64,000 bases of DNA from an uncultured Acidimicrobiales bacterium (GCA_943788915.1 CALSSD010000005.1:496001-560000); one strand, 5' to 3'. Positions 19,033 through 30,083 are shown, numbered from the stretch's first letter. The notes: generated by a model not told the origin, from the letters alone. Numbers and translations: made by a program.

Positions 19033-19653
19033 TCAGGCGGATTCAGTTTCGACTTCAGGATCGATGAACTGAGCCATCGAAGTGTTCGGCTCACCTTTGA
19101 GACCGAGTTTCTTGCGCAACTTCACCAGCTCCTGCAAATCGTCACCCTCGATCGACAACGTACGCACGATTTCGCCCGTCTCGGCAATCTTGACGTCGGT
19201 GACCTCGGCCTTGAGGTCACCAATAAAATAACGACGGCGTTGTTTGGTCACGAACACCACCCGCACACCTGAATCGGCGTCGAGTCCCTTGAGTGCGTCG
19301 GTCAGCTTGAACCGCTTCTCTTTGCGAAGCCGATCGAGATCGAGCGCTTCGTAGACGACATCGAAGGGTGACGGCGTCGAGTCTGCTGACCGATATTTAT
19401 CGGATACCCACCGCTCAAAACCTTTGTCCTCGGCAATAAGTTGTTTGACCTTGAGCGTGTTGTCACGGATCTTGGCATTAAATGTCTCGTCGTCGACGAG
19501 CAGATAACAGTCTTCGAGTTCTTCGCGAATTTCGCTGTCAGCCAGCTTGCGAATCAGCTTTCGTGCGGTGCGGTACTCGCCCCACACCCGGTACTCAAAA
19601 CGCGCCGAAGGATGACCTTTCAGTATTTTCGATTTAGTTTTTGATGATGACAT
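19033..19653 (-). CDS. CYTH / triphosphate-tunnel-metalloenzyme-like protein
   Basis: N-terminal FEYRVW (ExExK-like), EDCYL, NAKIR..LKVK, VTKQRRRY, AEVTDV, LSIEG. Confidence 0.65.
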   Translation of the reverse strand: MSSSKTKSKILKGHPSARFEYRVWGEYRTARKLIRKLADSEIREELEDCYLLVDDETFNAKIRDNTLKVKQLIAEDKGFERWVSDKYRSADSTPSPFDVVYEALDLDRLRKEKRFKLTDALKGLDADSGVRVVFVTKQRRRYFIGDLKAEVTDVKIAETGEIVRTLSIEGDDLQELVKLRKKLGLKGEPNTSMAQFIDPEVETESA

Positions 19654-19868
19654 GTCATTCCCCGCGGGATCCCAGAGTAGTCCGACGGCGCAGCTGATCC
19701 CGACCAAGGCGCCTACCCACGAAAATATGGTGGCTCGGACCGAGCCGGCGCTGCTTGGATTGCTGGTTGTTAGGCGAACCGGCGATAGCCCCACGTGGGC
19801 CTAGTATTCGGGGCACTACTACCGGAACCGGTGTGCACTACGGCCCACCAGTCTACAGGACCTTGGCA

Positions 19869-20747
19869 ATGAGCTTTGACCCAGATCGCACCACCGTGCT
19901 GCCACCGGTTGGTTACCCGATTACCGAAGAAATTCCGGCCGTTCCACCTCGTGGTGGGGGTGGCCGCGGCTCCTCCGGTCCCTCGGGCCCGTTATTCCTG
20001 AAGCTGGTTGGGGGGCTTCTGGCTGTCGGCCTTGTCGCTATCGCAACACTTCTGGTCTACAACAGCCAGCGGCCGAACAACGGCGCATCGACCGCACCCA
20101 ACGTCGTCGAGAATCCGACCCCAGTTTTTGCGCCGAGCGTCAACCCGGCACCAACAGTGACTGAACTCGAGGATGGAAATCCCGGTTTCTGGCAGGTTGT
20201 TGGTGTTCCCGACGGGCTGAACATCCGATCGGGCCCTGGTGTAGATAACGACATCGTGGGCTCGCTTTCAGTGGGCGACCGACATGTCTTTGGCACTGGC
20301 GAGCGCGCCACCGTCAACGGAGCCACATGGACCCAGATCACGTTTGGCGCCAACGATGTGACTGGCTGGGTCAGCTCCCAGTTTCTTGCCACCGACACAC
20401 CCCCAGATCCGAATGCTCCAGAACCAACGGTCACTCCAGCCACCGGCCAGTCAACCTCGATCGTGTGTTTCAGAAGCCAACGTGCTCCGAGCGGAACCGC
20501 CCGGCTTCAGTTCACCAATCGCACCCAGATCTCTGGACTGATTCGCACGATCGACGGCCAAACCGTCATCGATCAAAACGTCGCAGGAACATTAGCGAAT
20601 GGCCAAGCGCAAGTGACCCTGACCAACGCGGCTTCGAACGAAGTGATCCGTCAGAACTGGGTGTTCAGCCCAGCCAGCGTCGATCTTGGTACAGGTACCA
20701 TGTTGTCGGTCGTCGACTGTTCCACCGTGGCAGGCCAGCTTCCCTGA
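19869..20747 (+). CDS. Membrane-anchored SH3b-domain protein
   Basis: One TM segment, Pro/Thr linkers, LNIRSGPG...W.QI...GWVSSQFL. Confidence 0.8.
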   Translation: MSFDPDRTTVLPPVGYPITEEIPAVPPRGGGGRGSSGPSGPLFLKLVGGLLAVGLVAIATLLVYNSQRPNNGASTAPNVVENPTPVFAPSVNPAPTVTELEDGNPGFWQVVGVPDGLNIRSGPGVDNDIVGSLSVGDRHVFGTGERATVNGATWTQITFGANDVTGWVSSQFLATDTPPDPNAPEPTVTPATGQSTSIVCFRSQRAPSGTARLQFTNRTQISGLIRTIDGQTVIDQNVAGTLANGQAQVTLTNAASNEVIRQNWVFSPASVDLGTGTMLSVVDCSTVAGQLP

Positions 20748-20958
20748 CCCATGGATGGTGTCGTCACGGCTGCCCCCGCGTGCACCTCACCGCCGGCGTG
20801 CGTCCGCCGGTCGCACCGACTTCTGCGAATCGAGCCTGAGTGGAACATAGAGCGACGAACACATCCGGCCTGTAACCCCGTTCACACAAAGAACAAACGC
20901 GTGTAAGTCTGGTGTCCTCCGCAATATCGTCGCACGACCACCTACCACGGGAAACACG

Positions 20959-21369
20959 ATGGATCACCTGAGCTTCAACGAACAAGTCATCGAAGAGTTC
21001 CGAGCAAACGACGGTGTCTGCGGCGGGCCGTTCGAAGGCGCTCCCATGATTCTGGTCACAATGACCGGAGCCAAGAGCGGCCGCGCGTTGTGTTCGCCAC
21101 TGGTCTATTCGATGGACGGCGACGACGCCATCATCATTGCCTCAAAGGGCGGCGCCCCCAGCCACCCAAACTGGTATCACAACCTGGTCGCTAACCCGGC
21201 GTGCACCGTCGAGATCGGAACCGAGACCTACCAGGCAACTGCGGTGCTCGCGGCCGAGGACCGTAAGGAACTCTTCGATGCTCAGGCCGCGATGATGCCG
21301 CAATTCACGCAATACGAGATCGATGCGGCGCCCCGCGAGATTCCCGTGTTCCGTCTCCAGCGCAGCTGA
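20959..21369 (+). CDS. Deazaflavin (F420H2)-dependent nitroreductase family (Ddn/FDOR-A)
   Basis: FNEQVIEEFRAN.G, TGAKSG, ASKGGAPSHPNWYHNLVANP, REIPVFRL. Confidence 0.93.
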   Translation: MDHLSFNEQVIEEFRANDGVCGGPFEGAPMILVTMTGAKSGRALCSPLVYSMDGDDAIIIASKGGAPSHPNWYHNLVANPACTVEIGTETYQATAVLAAEDRKELFDAQAAMMPQFTQYEIDAAPREIPVFRLQRS

Positions 21370-21384
21370 TGCACCAGCGCAACG

Positions 21385-22182
21385 TTAGGCCCAGCGACCT
21401 TGACGGATGACGGCGAACACGTCGTCAGCCGTCGCGCTGGTTGCAAAACTCTGGTACGACCAGGTTGCTCCCCGTCGTTCCGCGTCGACCGGGTCAAGGT
21501 TCGTGCCCACCATGGTGTCGAAGCCATCGAGCGAGCCCCGTTCATCAATGACCACATCGAGAATACGGCTCAGATGATCCCCGTCCTCGAGTTCGATCGG
21601 GACTAGTCCGTCAAATCGAGCTGCCCGTCGGACCGGCCGCTTGGCCGATGCGCCACGAGCTGCGAACCACATCGGAATACGCGGCTGCTGGACCGGTCGG
21701 GGTAACACCGTGACCCCATCGGCGCGAAAGGCTGCGCCGTCGTGGTCAACAGGCTCGCCCGACCAGAACGCTTCCAGAAGCGCAACCGCTTCGTCGAGGC
21801 GATCTCCTCGCTCCTTAGGGTCCACGATCTCGCCGAAGCGGCTCAGTTCACCGCCGCTGTCGACGCCAAGACCGAGACCGAGCGTTAACCGTCCGGCTGA
21901 CAGATGGTCAACCGTCAACGCTTCTCGGGCCAACTTGATCGGCCGCCGACGAGTCAACGGTGTGACCATCGGCCCAAGGCGAATCCGCTCGGTTGCGAAT
22001 GCTTGGGCACCGAGCACCACCCATGGATCCAGGATCTCGCGGGGGTCAGAATCTGGTCGATAGACGTGATCCCACAGGAAGCAGCCGTCGATATCGGCAG
22101 CTTCGGCGGCCAGCGCTATCTCGACCAGGAGCCCCGGATCAGCCAGATGACCAAACGGAGGGAGTGACAGTGCAACCTTCAT
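21385..22182 (-). CDS. LLM-class flavin-dependent oxidoreductase
   Basis: DGCFLWDH, DPWVVLGA, RLGPMVTPLTRRRP, LGLGLG, PRPVQQPRIPMW. Confidence 0.9.
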   Translation of the reverse strand: MKVALSLPPFGHLADPGLLVEIALAAEAADIDGCFLWDHVYRPDSDPREILDPWVVLGAQAFATERIRLGPMVTPLTRRRPIKLAREALTVDHLSAGRLTLGLGLGVDSGGELSRFGEIVDPKERGDRLDEAVALLEAFWSGEPVDHDGAAFRADGVTVLPRPVQQPRIPMWFAARGASAKRPVRRAARFDGLVPIELEDGDHLSRILDVVIDERGSLDGFDTMVGTNLDPVDAERRGATWSYQSFATSATADDVFAVIRQGRWA

Positions 22183-22210
22183 GATGAGACGACTTTCATA
22201 ATGAGACGAT
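22177..22210. repeat. 17-bp imperfect tandem duplication spanning the LLM start codon
   Basis: CTTCATGATGAGACGAC / TTTCATAATGAGACGAT. Confidence 0.75.
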
Positions 22211-22751
22211 CTTGCTCGTGCAGCGACTCCGCAATGGCATCATGCTCATGTGTGAACAATGATGGCCGATTCCGATGGCGACGGCCTGCCAAGAAGTGCT
22301 GCATTCGCATGGACTCGCAACGCTACAAGCTCATGGACTAACACTTCAGTGGTACGTCACGATCCATGAGAAGAGCAATGAATACTCTGGATCTGGGCAT
22401 TCGTGAGCTGAAACGGAGTGGCAGAGTCCATCACCACCTGCGAGATGCGGCTCATACGTCGTGCCGCTCGCACCGCGATCGTCGCCCATGACGTAAGTCT
22501 CGGCGTCGAAGTGCCCATCCCTGGATGGACATGATGCATGCACGACCCTGCGCTTGGTATCGCTGCGTCAGAACACGGTTCGGAGTGATGACCGAAGGGC
22601 GAACCCGGCGCAGCGGGTTGGCACAAACCATGTTCGAGTTCGAAGACGCCGGGCTCACCGACGAATGACGTCGGCTGTGAACTGGGCGGTTGTCAGCCGT
22701 GACTAACCACGCCAGGTACCCAGCCGACAACAAACCGACTAAACATAGGAC

Positions 22752-23534
22752 ATGAGCGATGACCTAACAGCGAGATACACAACGCTCGATTCCGAGCGAG
22801 TAGGCGACGCTCTACATGTCTGGCTCGACCGGCCACACAAACTTAATGCGGTCGACTCGGTCATGCTCCGAGAAGTTGGCGACCTGTTCATGAGCCTTGA
22901 GCGAGAACACGATGCCCGGGTGGTCGTGCTTGGTGGCCGAGGCCGGTCATTCAGCGTGGGGGCGGACCGTAACCCTGACATGGACCCCGAGTATCCAACC
23001 TCCGAGCGGGGTAAACGTTGGCAAGCAAATCTCGGCCGAAGGGCATGTCGTGCAATCGAAGACTGTCCGATCCCAACTGTGGCACGTGTGCAAGGACACG
23101 CCATCGGCGGTGGCATGTGTTTTGCCATGTCGTGCGACTTTCGCATCACCACGCCAGAGACTGCCTGGTATCTCCCCGAAGTTGAACTCGGTGTGCCGCT
23201 CACATGGGCGGCAATACCTCGCCTCGCCCAAGAAATCGGGACCGCTCGGGCCCGCCAGTTGGTCATGCTGGCCGACCGCATCGATGGCACGACTGCAGCC
23301 GTGTGGGGTGTCGCTCATGCGTGTGTGCCGGCAGCAGAACTGGATGCAACCGTGCAATCGATGGTCGAACGCATTTCGTCCCTGCCTGAGCTGGCCGTCC
23401 ACATGACCAAAACCACGTTTCGTAGTTATAACCAGCAACACGCGCTCGGTGACGTGTCCGAGACCGACGCCGACTTGATCCGGCTAGCTCAATCTGATCC
23501 GGCCGTTGCCAAGAACTTCGGCCTGCCTACCTAG
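22752..23534 (+). CDS. Enoyl-CoA hydratase/isomerase family protein
   Basis: LDRPHKLNA, SFSVGAD, VQGHAIGGG, SCDFRI, PEVELG. Confidence 0.9.
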   Translation: MSDDLTARYTTLDSERVGDALHVWLDRPHKLNAVDSVMLREVGDLFMSLEREHDARVVVLGGRGRSFSVGADRNPDMDPEYPTSERGKRWQANLGRRACRAIEDCPIPTVARVQGHAIGGGMCFAMSCDFRITTPETAWYLPEVELGVPLTWAAIPRLAQEIGTARARQLVMLADRIDGTTAAVWGVAHACVPAAELDATVQSMVERISSLPELAVHMTKTTFRSYNQQHALGDVSETDADLIRLAQSDPAVAKNFGLPT

Positions 23535-23649
23535 TTGTTCCGCCGAATCTGCGTAGTGCAGAGTGCTACCGGCGCCCGGACCTAGACAACGAGTTCGAAG
23601 CGAACAACCAACGCCCACCGCAAAGGGCGACACGACGTAACCTCTGAAC

Positions 23650-24012
23650 ATGACTATCTCTCGTATACACACGTCCGCTCGAGCGAGCCATATCGTGATC
23701 AACAATGGCACGGTCTATCTGTCGGGTCAGGTTGCCGAAGATCCAGACGCAGACGTTCAGGACCAAACCCGGTCAACCCTTGGGCGCATCGATGCCCTAC
23801 TCGCCGAGGCTGGCACCGATAACAGCCATCTGTTGAGCGCAACGATCTATCTGCGAGATATCGACAACCATTTTGCACTCATGAACGAGGTCTGGAATGG
23901 GTGGGTCCCTGAAGGCCATGCACCGGCGCGAGCCTGTGTTGAGGCCCACATGGCGCGATCAGCACTCCTGGTTGAAATCTGTGTGACAGCAGCAATACCA
24001 ACCAACGCGTAG
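23650..24012 (+). CDS. RidA (YjgF/YoaB-like) family protein
   Basis: [33 protein letters not shown]. Confidence 0.92.
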   Translation: MTISRIHTSARASHIVINNGTVYLSGQVAEDPDADVQDQTRSTLGRIDALLAEAGTDNSHLLSATIYLRDIDNHFALMNEVWNGWVPEGHAPARACVEAHMARSALLVEICVTAAIPTNA

Positions 24013-24163
24013 CGCCCGGTAACGGCTTCCGTTGATGGGTGGCCGATTCGCATCGTGAGCACACAGCCCAGTAAAACGACGACTTCCCGCTACACGATGC
24101 CCCCAGATGGCACCGTGTAGCGGGAAATTACGTCTGGTCGCAGGTAGCCCTGCGAGCGGATTG

Positions 24164-24982
24164 TTAGGCGACGCCAGCAGCCTCGAGGGCTCGACGGGTC
24201 AACACAGTGACCAGATGGCTGCGATACGCACCATCGGCATTGTTGTCCTCGGGAGGCGTAGTGCCTTGTGCGGCCAGAGCGGCTGCGTCGGCAGCAGATG
24301 CGCCCGAGGCGATTGCCTCTTCGGCTGCGGTCGCCCGCAACGGAGTTGATCCCATATTGACCAGGCTGATGCCTTTGCCGCCATCGGCGACGCCGACACC
24401 AACAATGGCCCAGTCTTGGGCACGGCGGTTGAACTTCTGATAGTTCCAGCCGCCGGTGCCGGTAGGGATCCGCACCTCGGTGATCATCTCGTCGGCAGCA
24501 AGCACCGACTCGAAGTATCCGGTGAAGAACTCGTTGGCAGCGATTACGCGGGTGCCGTTGGGGCCTTGGGCGACGATGGTGCCACCGAGTGCCAGCACCG
24601 CTGCTGGGAGGTCAGAGGCTGGGTCGCTGTGAGCCAGCGTGCCGCCAAGGGTGCCTCGATGACGAACGGATGGGTCACCAACAAGTGCCGCGACGTGGGC
24701 AAGCATGGGAGCATGTTGCGCCACCATGTCTGAGGTCTCAACCTCGACATGTTTGGTCATCGCACCGATGGCGAGATGGCCATCGGCCTCGCGGACGTAG
24801 CTCAAGTCGCTGATGCGACCGACGTCGATGAGCACGGTCGGCGCTGCAAGCCGGAACTTCATCATCGGGATAAGGGAGTGGCCCCCGGCGAGGAGCTTGG
24901 ACTCGTCGCCGTATTCACCCAGAAGAGAGATCGCTTGTTCGGCCGACTCGGCGACTTTGTAATCAAACGCTGCCGGAATCAT
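24164..24982 (-). CDS. coxM: Molybdenum hydroxylase FAD-binding medium subunit (CoxM/CutM family)
   Basis: [43 protein letters not shown]. Confidence 0.88.
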   Translation of the reverse strand: MIPAAFDYKVAESAEQAISLLGEYGDESKLLAGGHSLIPMMKFRLAAPTVLIDVGRISDLSYVREADGHLAIGAMTKHVEVETSDMVAQHAPMLAHVAALVGDPSVRHRGTLGGTLAHSDPASDLPAAVLALGGTIVAQGPNGTRVIAANEFFTGYFESVLAADEMITEVRIPTGTGGWNYQKFNRRAQDWAIVGVGVADGGKGISLVNMGSTPLRATAAEEAIASGASAADAAALAAQGTTPPEDNNADGAYRSHLVTVLTRRALEAAGVA

Positions 24983-25467
24983 GACTCACCTGCCACGCTC
25001 AACACTGCTTTGACAATGTTGTGGTAACCGGTGCAACGGCAGAGGTTGCCTTCGAGCCCTTCGCGCACTTCTGCTTCGGTCGGGTTCGGATTCTCTTTCA
25101 AGAATGAGGTCGCAGCCATGACCATGCCTGGTGTGCAGTATCCGCACTGCAATGCATGGCACTGTTGGAACGCCTCTTGCATGGGGTGCCAGTTCTGATC
25201 ACCGGTTGCGGAACCATCGGCTTGTGCCGTGTCCGCAAGACCTTCGATAGTCGTGATTTCGCTACCCACTGCTTGGGCGGCGAGAACCGTGCACGACTTG
25301 ACCGAGAGGCCATCGAGGTGAACGGTGCACGCACCGCACGACGATGTGTCGCAGCCGATATTCGTGCCGGTCAGACCGACATTTTCTCGAATGTGATGCA
25401 CAAGCAGGGTGCGAGGCTCAACGTCGTGGGACTGACTCTGTCCATTGACGTTCATTGAGACATCCAC
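24979..25467 (-). CDS. coxS: Molybdenum hydroxylase 2Fe-2S small subunit (CoxS/CutS family)
   Basis: [34 protein letters not shown] start after GGAGGAG. Confidence 0.9.
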   Translation of the reverse strand: MDVSMNVNGQSQSHDVEPRTLLVHHIRENVGLTGTNIGCDTSSCGACTVHLDGLSVKSCTVLAAQAVGSEITTIEGLADTAQADGSATGDQNWHPMQEAFQQCHALQCGYCTPGMVMAATSFLKENPNPTEAEVREGLEGNLCRCTGYHNIVKAVLSVAGES

Positions 25468-25841
25468 GAAGGACTCCTCCATTTGTTGATCTAAGCGATT
25501 GGGCCTGAGTCCAGCGGGTACAGGCCGAAGAAGATCATGCCACATCAGCGGCGGGCGCGCGCTATCGGACCCCTCCAAAAGCTCATCGGTTCCAACTGTG
25601 GTCGGATCTTGACCCGCCTCAGCGCAGCCGACTGTGTTCCCCATCCTGCGATGCGATGCCATCTACGTTCCGAGGGCGCGCCCGGCGATGTCGGCCACGA
25701 CAGATTCATCGATATCGGCGACGCGTTACTGATAGACGCGGTGCACGGTTGGTTTGGCTAACCCGTTCTTCTCCGGGTAGCGCCCGACTAGTCCACAGTC
25801 GGTCGATCCCGAAGCGGCGGGTGACGCTCTAGGGTCAACAA

Positions 25842-27518
25842 ATGACCTTACGGAACCTCCCCGAATGGCAAGCGCTGGCGGCTCACCAGAACGAACTGGC
25901 CGACACGAACCTCCGGGAACTGTTCGCTGACGACCCTGAGCGGTCAGAACGGCTGACCGTGCAGGTTGGTGACCTGCGGGTCGACTTCTCCAAACACGTG
26001 GTCACCGAAGCCACAACGGCGCTCCTGGCCCGACTCGCTGACGCCACCGGATTCGACGAACGTCGCCAGGCAATGTTTGCCGGAGCGCGCATCAACACCA
26101 CCGAGGATCGATCGGTCCTGCACACGGCGCTGCGGGCAGACGGCCCGGTAGTAGTCGACGGCGAAGACGTCGTTCCCGCCGTGAAGGCAGTGCTCGCCAA
26201 GATGGCCGGCGTCGCCGACCTGGTCCGCAGTGGTGCATGGCGTGGCGCTACCGGCAAGCCCATTCGAGCCGTGGTTAACATCGGTATCGGCGGCTCTGAC
26301 CTTGGCCCGCTGATGGCAACCAGGGCATTACGACATCTTGCCCCCACCGATCTGACGGTGCGTTTCGTGTCGAACATCGATAGTGCAGCGCTCGACGCAG
26401 CGCTCGTTGGCCTTGACCCCGAGACGACCATGTTCGTGGTTGCGTCAAAGACGTTTTCCACTATCGAAACCATGACCAATGCCCGCAGCGCTCGGGCCTG
26501 GCTTCTCGCTTCGGTCCACTACGCAGATGCCATTGCCCGTCATTTCGTGGCGGTGTCTACGAATGCCGAAGGCGTCGCCGAGTTCGGCATCGACACCAAC
26601 AATATGTTCGCGTTCTGGGACTGGGTTGGTGGCCGTTACTCCGTCGAATCAGCGATTGGGTTTTCGCTGATGTGTGCCATTGGATCCGCCGGATTCGATG
26701 ACTTCCTGACTGGTTTCCGGCTTGTCGATGACCATTTCCGCACGGCGCCACTGTCCGAGAACGCACCGGCAATCGCCGGTCTACTTGGCATCTGGTATCG
26801 GAACTTCTGGGGGTGGCAGACACACGCCGTTCTGCCGTACAGCCAGGCGCTAGACCGGTTTTCGGCCTATCTGCAGCAGCTCGACATGGAGAGCAACGGC
26901 AAACGCATCAACCTCGACGGCGAACCGGTCGACGTGGACACCGCACCGATTCTTTGGGGCGAACCCGGCACCAATGGCCAGCACGCGTTCTATCAATTGT
27001 TGCATCAGGGGACCACGCCGGTGCCATGTGACTTTATTGGTTTCCTCCAACCTGAACCTGGCCACCTCGACCGAACCAGCGCGTTCAACCATCACCGATT
27101 GTTGTTCGCCAACCTGGTGGCCCAGTCCGAGGCATTGGCATTCGGCCGAACCAGCGCCGAGGTCAGCGCTTCAGGTGTCGCTCCTGAGCTGGTGCCGCAC
27201 CGAACCTTCCCCGGCAATCGGCCGTCGACAGTGATCACCGCTCCCGCGCTCACCGCGAGCGTGCTGGGTCAACTGATCGCATTCTATGAACACCGGGTGT
27301 TTACCCAGGGCATCGTCTGGGGCGTGAACTCGTTCGATCAGTGGGGCGTCGAACTCGGGAAGGTGCTCGCAACCGCTATCGGGGCCGAACTCGACGGCCA
27401 GGTCAATCCCGAAGCCCACGACTCGTCGACCAACGCACTCATCGGCCTCTTTCTCAACCAAGAGTTCTGGGCAAGCCCGACAGTTCTGAGGCAGACCCGA
27501 CGCTTCTTAGGAGCCTGA
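25842..27518 (+). CDS. pgi: Glucose-6-phosphate isomerase
   Basis: [64 protein letters not shown]. Confidence 0.97.
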   Translation: MTLRNLPEWQALAAHQNELADTNLRELFADDPERSERLTVQVGDLRVDFSKHVVTEATTALLARLADATGFDERRQAMFAGARINTTEDRSVLHTALRADGPVVVDGEDVVPAVKAVLAKMAGVADLVRSGAWRGATGKPIRAVVNIGIGGSDLGPLMATRALRHLAPTDLTVRFVSNIDSAALDAALVGLDPETTMFVVASKTFSTIETMTNARSARAWLLASVHYADAIARHFVAVSTNAEGVAEFGIDTNNMFAFWDWVGGRYSVESAIGFSLMCAIGSAGFDDFLTGFRLVDDHFRTAPLSENAPAIAGLLGIWYRNFWGWQTHAVLPYSQALDRFSAYLQQLDMESNGKRINLDGEPVDVDTAPILWGEPGTNGQHAFYQLLHQGTTPVPCDFIGFLQPEPGHLDRTSAFNHHRLLFANLVAQSEALAFGRTSAEVSASGVAPELVPHRTFPGNRPSTVITAPALTASVLGQLIAFYEHRVFTQGIVWGVNSFDQWGVELGKVLATAIGAELDGQVNPEAHDSSTNALIGLFLNQEFWASPTVLRQTRRFLGA

Positions 27519-27553
27519 TGTACCTATTTCGTATACCAGGCTCCTAATTTGCG

Positions 27554-28684
27554 TTAAGAGCCGATGTTCTTGAGGGCGCTGAACTCGGCGGCGTATTCGG
27601 TCAGTAGGCCGTTTTCGAAGTCGTCGCGCAGCGGGTCGAAGATCGCTTGGACCTCGGCCTCGTAACAATCCAGGTCGACGAGAGCGAGCGCTCGTTCCTC
27701 GTCCTGAAGATCACGAAGCGCTTGGACGTCGAGATCGGGGAGATCCTCGAGGTTGAGAGATTCACCTGAGATGAGCGATTGCCCTTCTTCATCAGACAGA
27801 TTGTCGATGGCCGCAGACATGGGCGCAGTGACCGTTTCGAGCCGCTCGCGAATGTCATCCTCGGGGTCGTCGAGATCGGCATAACTTGGGAACCCCGCCT
27901 GGCTCATACACCGAGCCCACGCGTCGGTGGCTTCGACCATCTCCCGGGTGTCGAAGAGAGCCTCCTCACCCTCTTCGTAAGCGTCACCGAACGTAGTCAG
28001 ACCCTCGATTGCTTCTTGGCCGCCGGTCTCGATCAACGCTTGTCCAATACAACCCTGGTCTTCGAGTGGCCGACCCGTAAAGTCGCCGCCAACCGCGTCG
28101 CCGATATCGCCACCCGAGAGCGTCTGACTCCAGATCTCGCGTTCGCTCGCGCTCATGCTGAAGAAGATCTCCACGTTGGGGTCAGACGTTTGGTTCCGAG
28201 CGATCGAGTCGAACGACGTGGATATGCCGAAACCGTATTGTGCAGTCCACTCGCGGGTGGTGAGTTCGTTCTGCCGTTGTTCGATCTCGTTCGTCCGGCC
28301 GTTCTCGCTGACGGCAAACTCGAAACCTTGCGCAGCCATGCACACCACGATGGACTCTTCAACCCGGGTGGTGTACTCGGCCAATGCATCGTCGAAGCCA
28401 CCATCGAAAAACGCACCGATCGGCGATGACGCTGCCATAGCTGTGCCACCAGAGACAACCGACTCAGTGGTCGCTGCGTCGTCGTTGGGCTGCGGCGCCG
28501 AGGCCGCTTCAGCATCAGAGGAGGACAAAGTCGACGTAGCACGTGCAGCATCGACGCTGTCGGCCGTGCCGGTGCCGGCACTGCCACCACAGGCCGACGC
28601 AACGAGCACAACGAGTGCGACGGCCAGCACTACCGGCCCGCATCGTCGGGGGTCCAGTAATCTGAATCTCACGCGTCGAGTCAT
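27554..28684 (-). CDS. Cys-containing lipoprotein of unknown function (paralog of 32664-33638)
   Basis: Lipobox VASAC; four further Cys in CMAAQG, GC, WARCM and DC. Confidence 0.75.
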   Translation of the reverse strand: MTRRVRFRLLDPRRCGPVVLAVALVVLVASACGGSAGTGTADSVDAARATSTLSSSDAEAASAPQPNDDAATTESVVSGGTAMAASSPIGAFFDGGFDDALAEYTTRVEESIVVCMAAQGFEFAVSENGRTNEIEQRQNELTTREWTAQYGFGISTSFDSIARNQTSDPNVEIFFSMSASEREIWSQTLSGGDIGDAVGGDFTGRPLEDQGCIGQALIETGGQEAIEGLTTFGDAYEEGEEALFDTREMVEATDAWARCMSQAGFPSYADLDDPEDDIRERLETVTAPMSAAIDNLSDEEGQSLISGESLNLEDLPDLDVQALRDLQDEERALALVDLDCYEAEVQAIFDPLRDDFENGLLTEYAAEFSALKNIGS

Positions 28685-28790
28685 GCTGGCACTGTAGGTC
28701 CCCGGACTGTTTCAGCCCACGGGGAAATCACTGGCTAGCCAACCCGGAGGGCCAATCGTGAGGGCCATGCTCGAGGCTCAGGCCTGAGGA

Positions 28791-30083
28791 TCAGGAGCTG
28801 CGTAGCGCCGTGATCGGTTCAGTTCGTGCCGCCCGCAGTGCAGGATAGGTACCGGCGATCAGCCCGATGACGGCACCGAGTCCAACCGCTGCGAACGGCA
28901 AATATCCCTCGAGCACAGGGGTCCAGTCGCGGACCGCAGATACAGCCACGATCGTGAGCACCCCTACCGAGGCGCCGATGATCCCGCCAAGAAGGCCCGT
29001 CACCGTCGACTCGAGCAGAAACTGCGCCGCGATATGGCGGCGCGCCGCTCCAAGCGCACGGCGCAGGCCGATCTCCGGAGTCCGCTCAAGGACCGACACC
29101 AGCGTGACATTGGCAATACCGAGGCCGCCAACCAGCAGAGACACTGCACCGAGGACCACGAACAGTGCGTTGACATCACCTTCGACATCCTGACGAACGG
29201 CGGTGTAGCCCGGTGAAGCCTGTGTCCGCAACGACTCGGGATCATCCGGGGTCAGTGTGATCTGCACCATGTTGGCATCCGTACCGCTTGCGGTGATCGT
29301 CATACGGTCATTGGCGAGCACGGTCGTGGCTCCAACCGCAGCATCGATGTGAACCTCGGCCGGCGCACTAAGCCCGAAGAACTCGCGGGCCGTGCCGTCG
29401 GGCATCACGATGGCGTTGAGCAGGTCAGGTTCTCGGGAAACATCGTCGATGATCCCGAGCACCGTGAAACTCTGTTCGCCGATGAAGATCGCAGGTTGTG
29501 TATCGAGGCGGAAGATGTTCAGTCGCTGTGCGGCGGCAGGTCCGAGTACCACGACAGGGTCGGCCCGATCGCTATGCCCGTTGTCGAAATACCGACCGGT
29601 ACGGATCGATCCACGCACGGCGTCGAGCAGCCCACCTGACGTCGCTACCACGTTGATCTGATGTTCGTTGATACCCAACGGATCGACAACCGGAACAGAC
29701 CGAGACAACGCACCCGAGACGTCAACGTCACTTTTGGTTCCCGCTGCTTCGACGCCATTGAGTCGAACAAGACGGACCTCGGCATTCCACGGGATCGAAC
29801 TCGTGGCGTCACTGCCGCCGAAGCCGTTCTCGGCTGGCGACACAACAATACGAGTCTCAGTCAGTTCGTCGAAGCGGCTCACGATTTGATTGCCTGCCGT
29901 CTTTGCAAGCCCCAGTGTCGACACCAATGCCGTGATACCAAGGACCGTGCCAAGCGCGGTGAGAGCGAGACGACCCGGGCGCCCAAGCAGGCCGCTGATC
30001 ATTTCTTCAAAGAGGTCGCGGATGCTCAGTTTCGGATTTTGGACGACCGAACGATCGCGCACCTGTGGCGTGAGTGTTGTCAT
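28791..30083 (-). CDS. ABC transporter permease (MacB/FtsX family)
   Basis: TM1, large extracellular domain, LLVGGLGIAN..LVSVLERTPEIGLRRALGA, YPA.RAAR..PI.ALR. Confidence 0.93.
   Translation of the reverse strand: MTTLTPQVRDRSVVQNPKLSIRDLFEEMISGLLGRPGRLALTALGTVLGITALVSTLGLAKTAGNQIVSRFDELTETRIVVSPAENGFGGSDATSSIPWNAEVRLVRLNGVEAAGTKSDVDVSGALSRSVPVVDPLGINEHQINVVATSGGLLDAVRGSIRTGRYFDNGHSDRADPVVVLGPAAAQRLNIFRLDTQPAIFIGEQSFTVLGIIDDVSREPDLLNAIVMPDGTAREFFGLSAPAEVHIDAAVGATTVLANDRMTITASGTDANMVQITLTPDDPESLRTQASPGYTAVRQDVEGDVNALFVVLGAVSLLVGGLGIANVTLVSVLERTPEIGLRRALGAARRHIAAQFLLESTVTGLLGGIIGASVGVLTIVAVSAVRDWTPVLEGYLPFAAVGLGAVIGLIAGTYPALRAARTEPITALRSS

Noticed and set aside
8603..19653. The CYTH-like protein as the cognate cyclase of the Pycsar-type effector
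   Set aside because: It is 10 kb away, on the opposite strand and in a phosphate-gene context. PycC cyclases are class III, not CYTH fold.
24164..25467. Evidence for aerobic CO oxidation
   Set aside because: The diagnostic CoxL active-site motif cannot be assessed because no large subunit is present; S and M subunits are shared across molybdenum hydroxylases.
25480..25560. Moco riboswitch upstream of coxS
   Set aside because: Only a simple GGCCTG...CAGGCC hairpin is visible; I could not match a multi-stem Moco motif.
25537..25761. 74-aa ORF between coxS and pgi
   Set aside because: No RBS or family motif. It may be a gene tail remnant, but I cannot support that.
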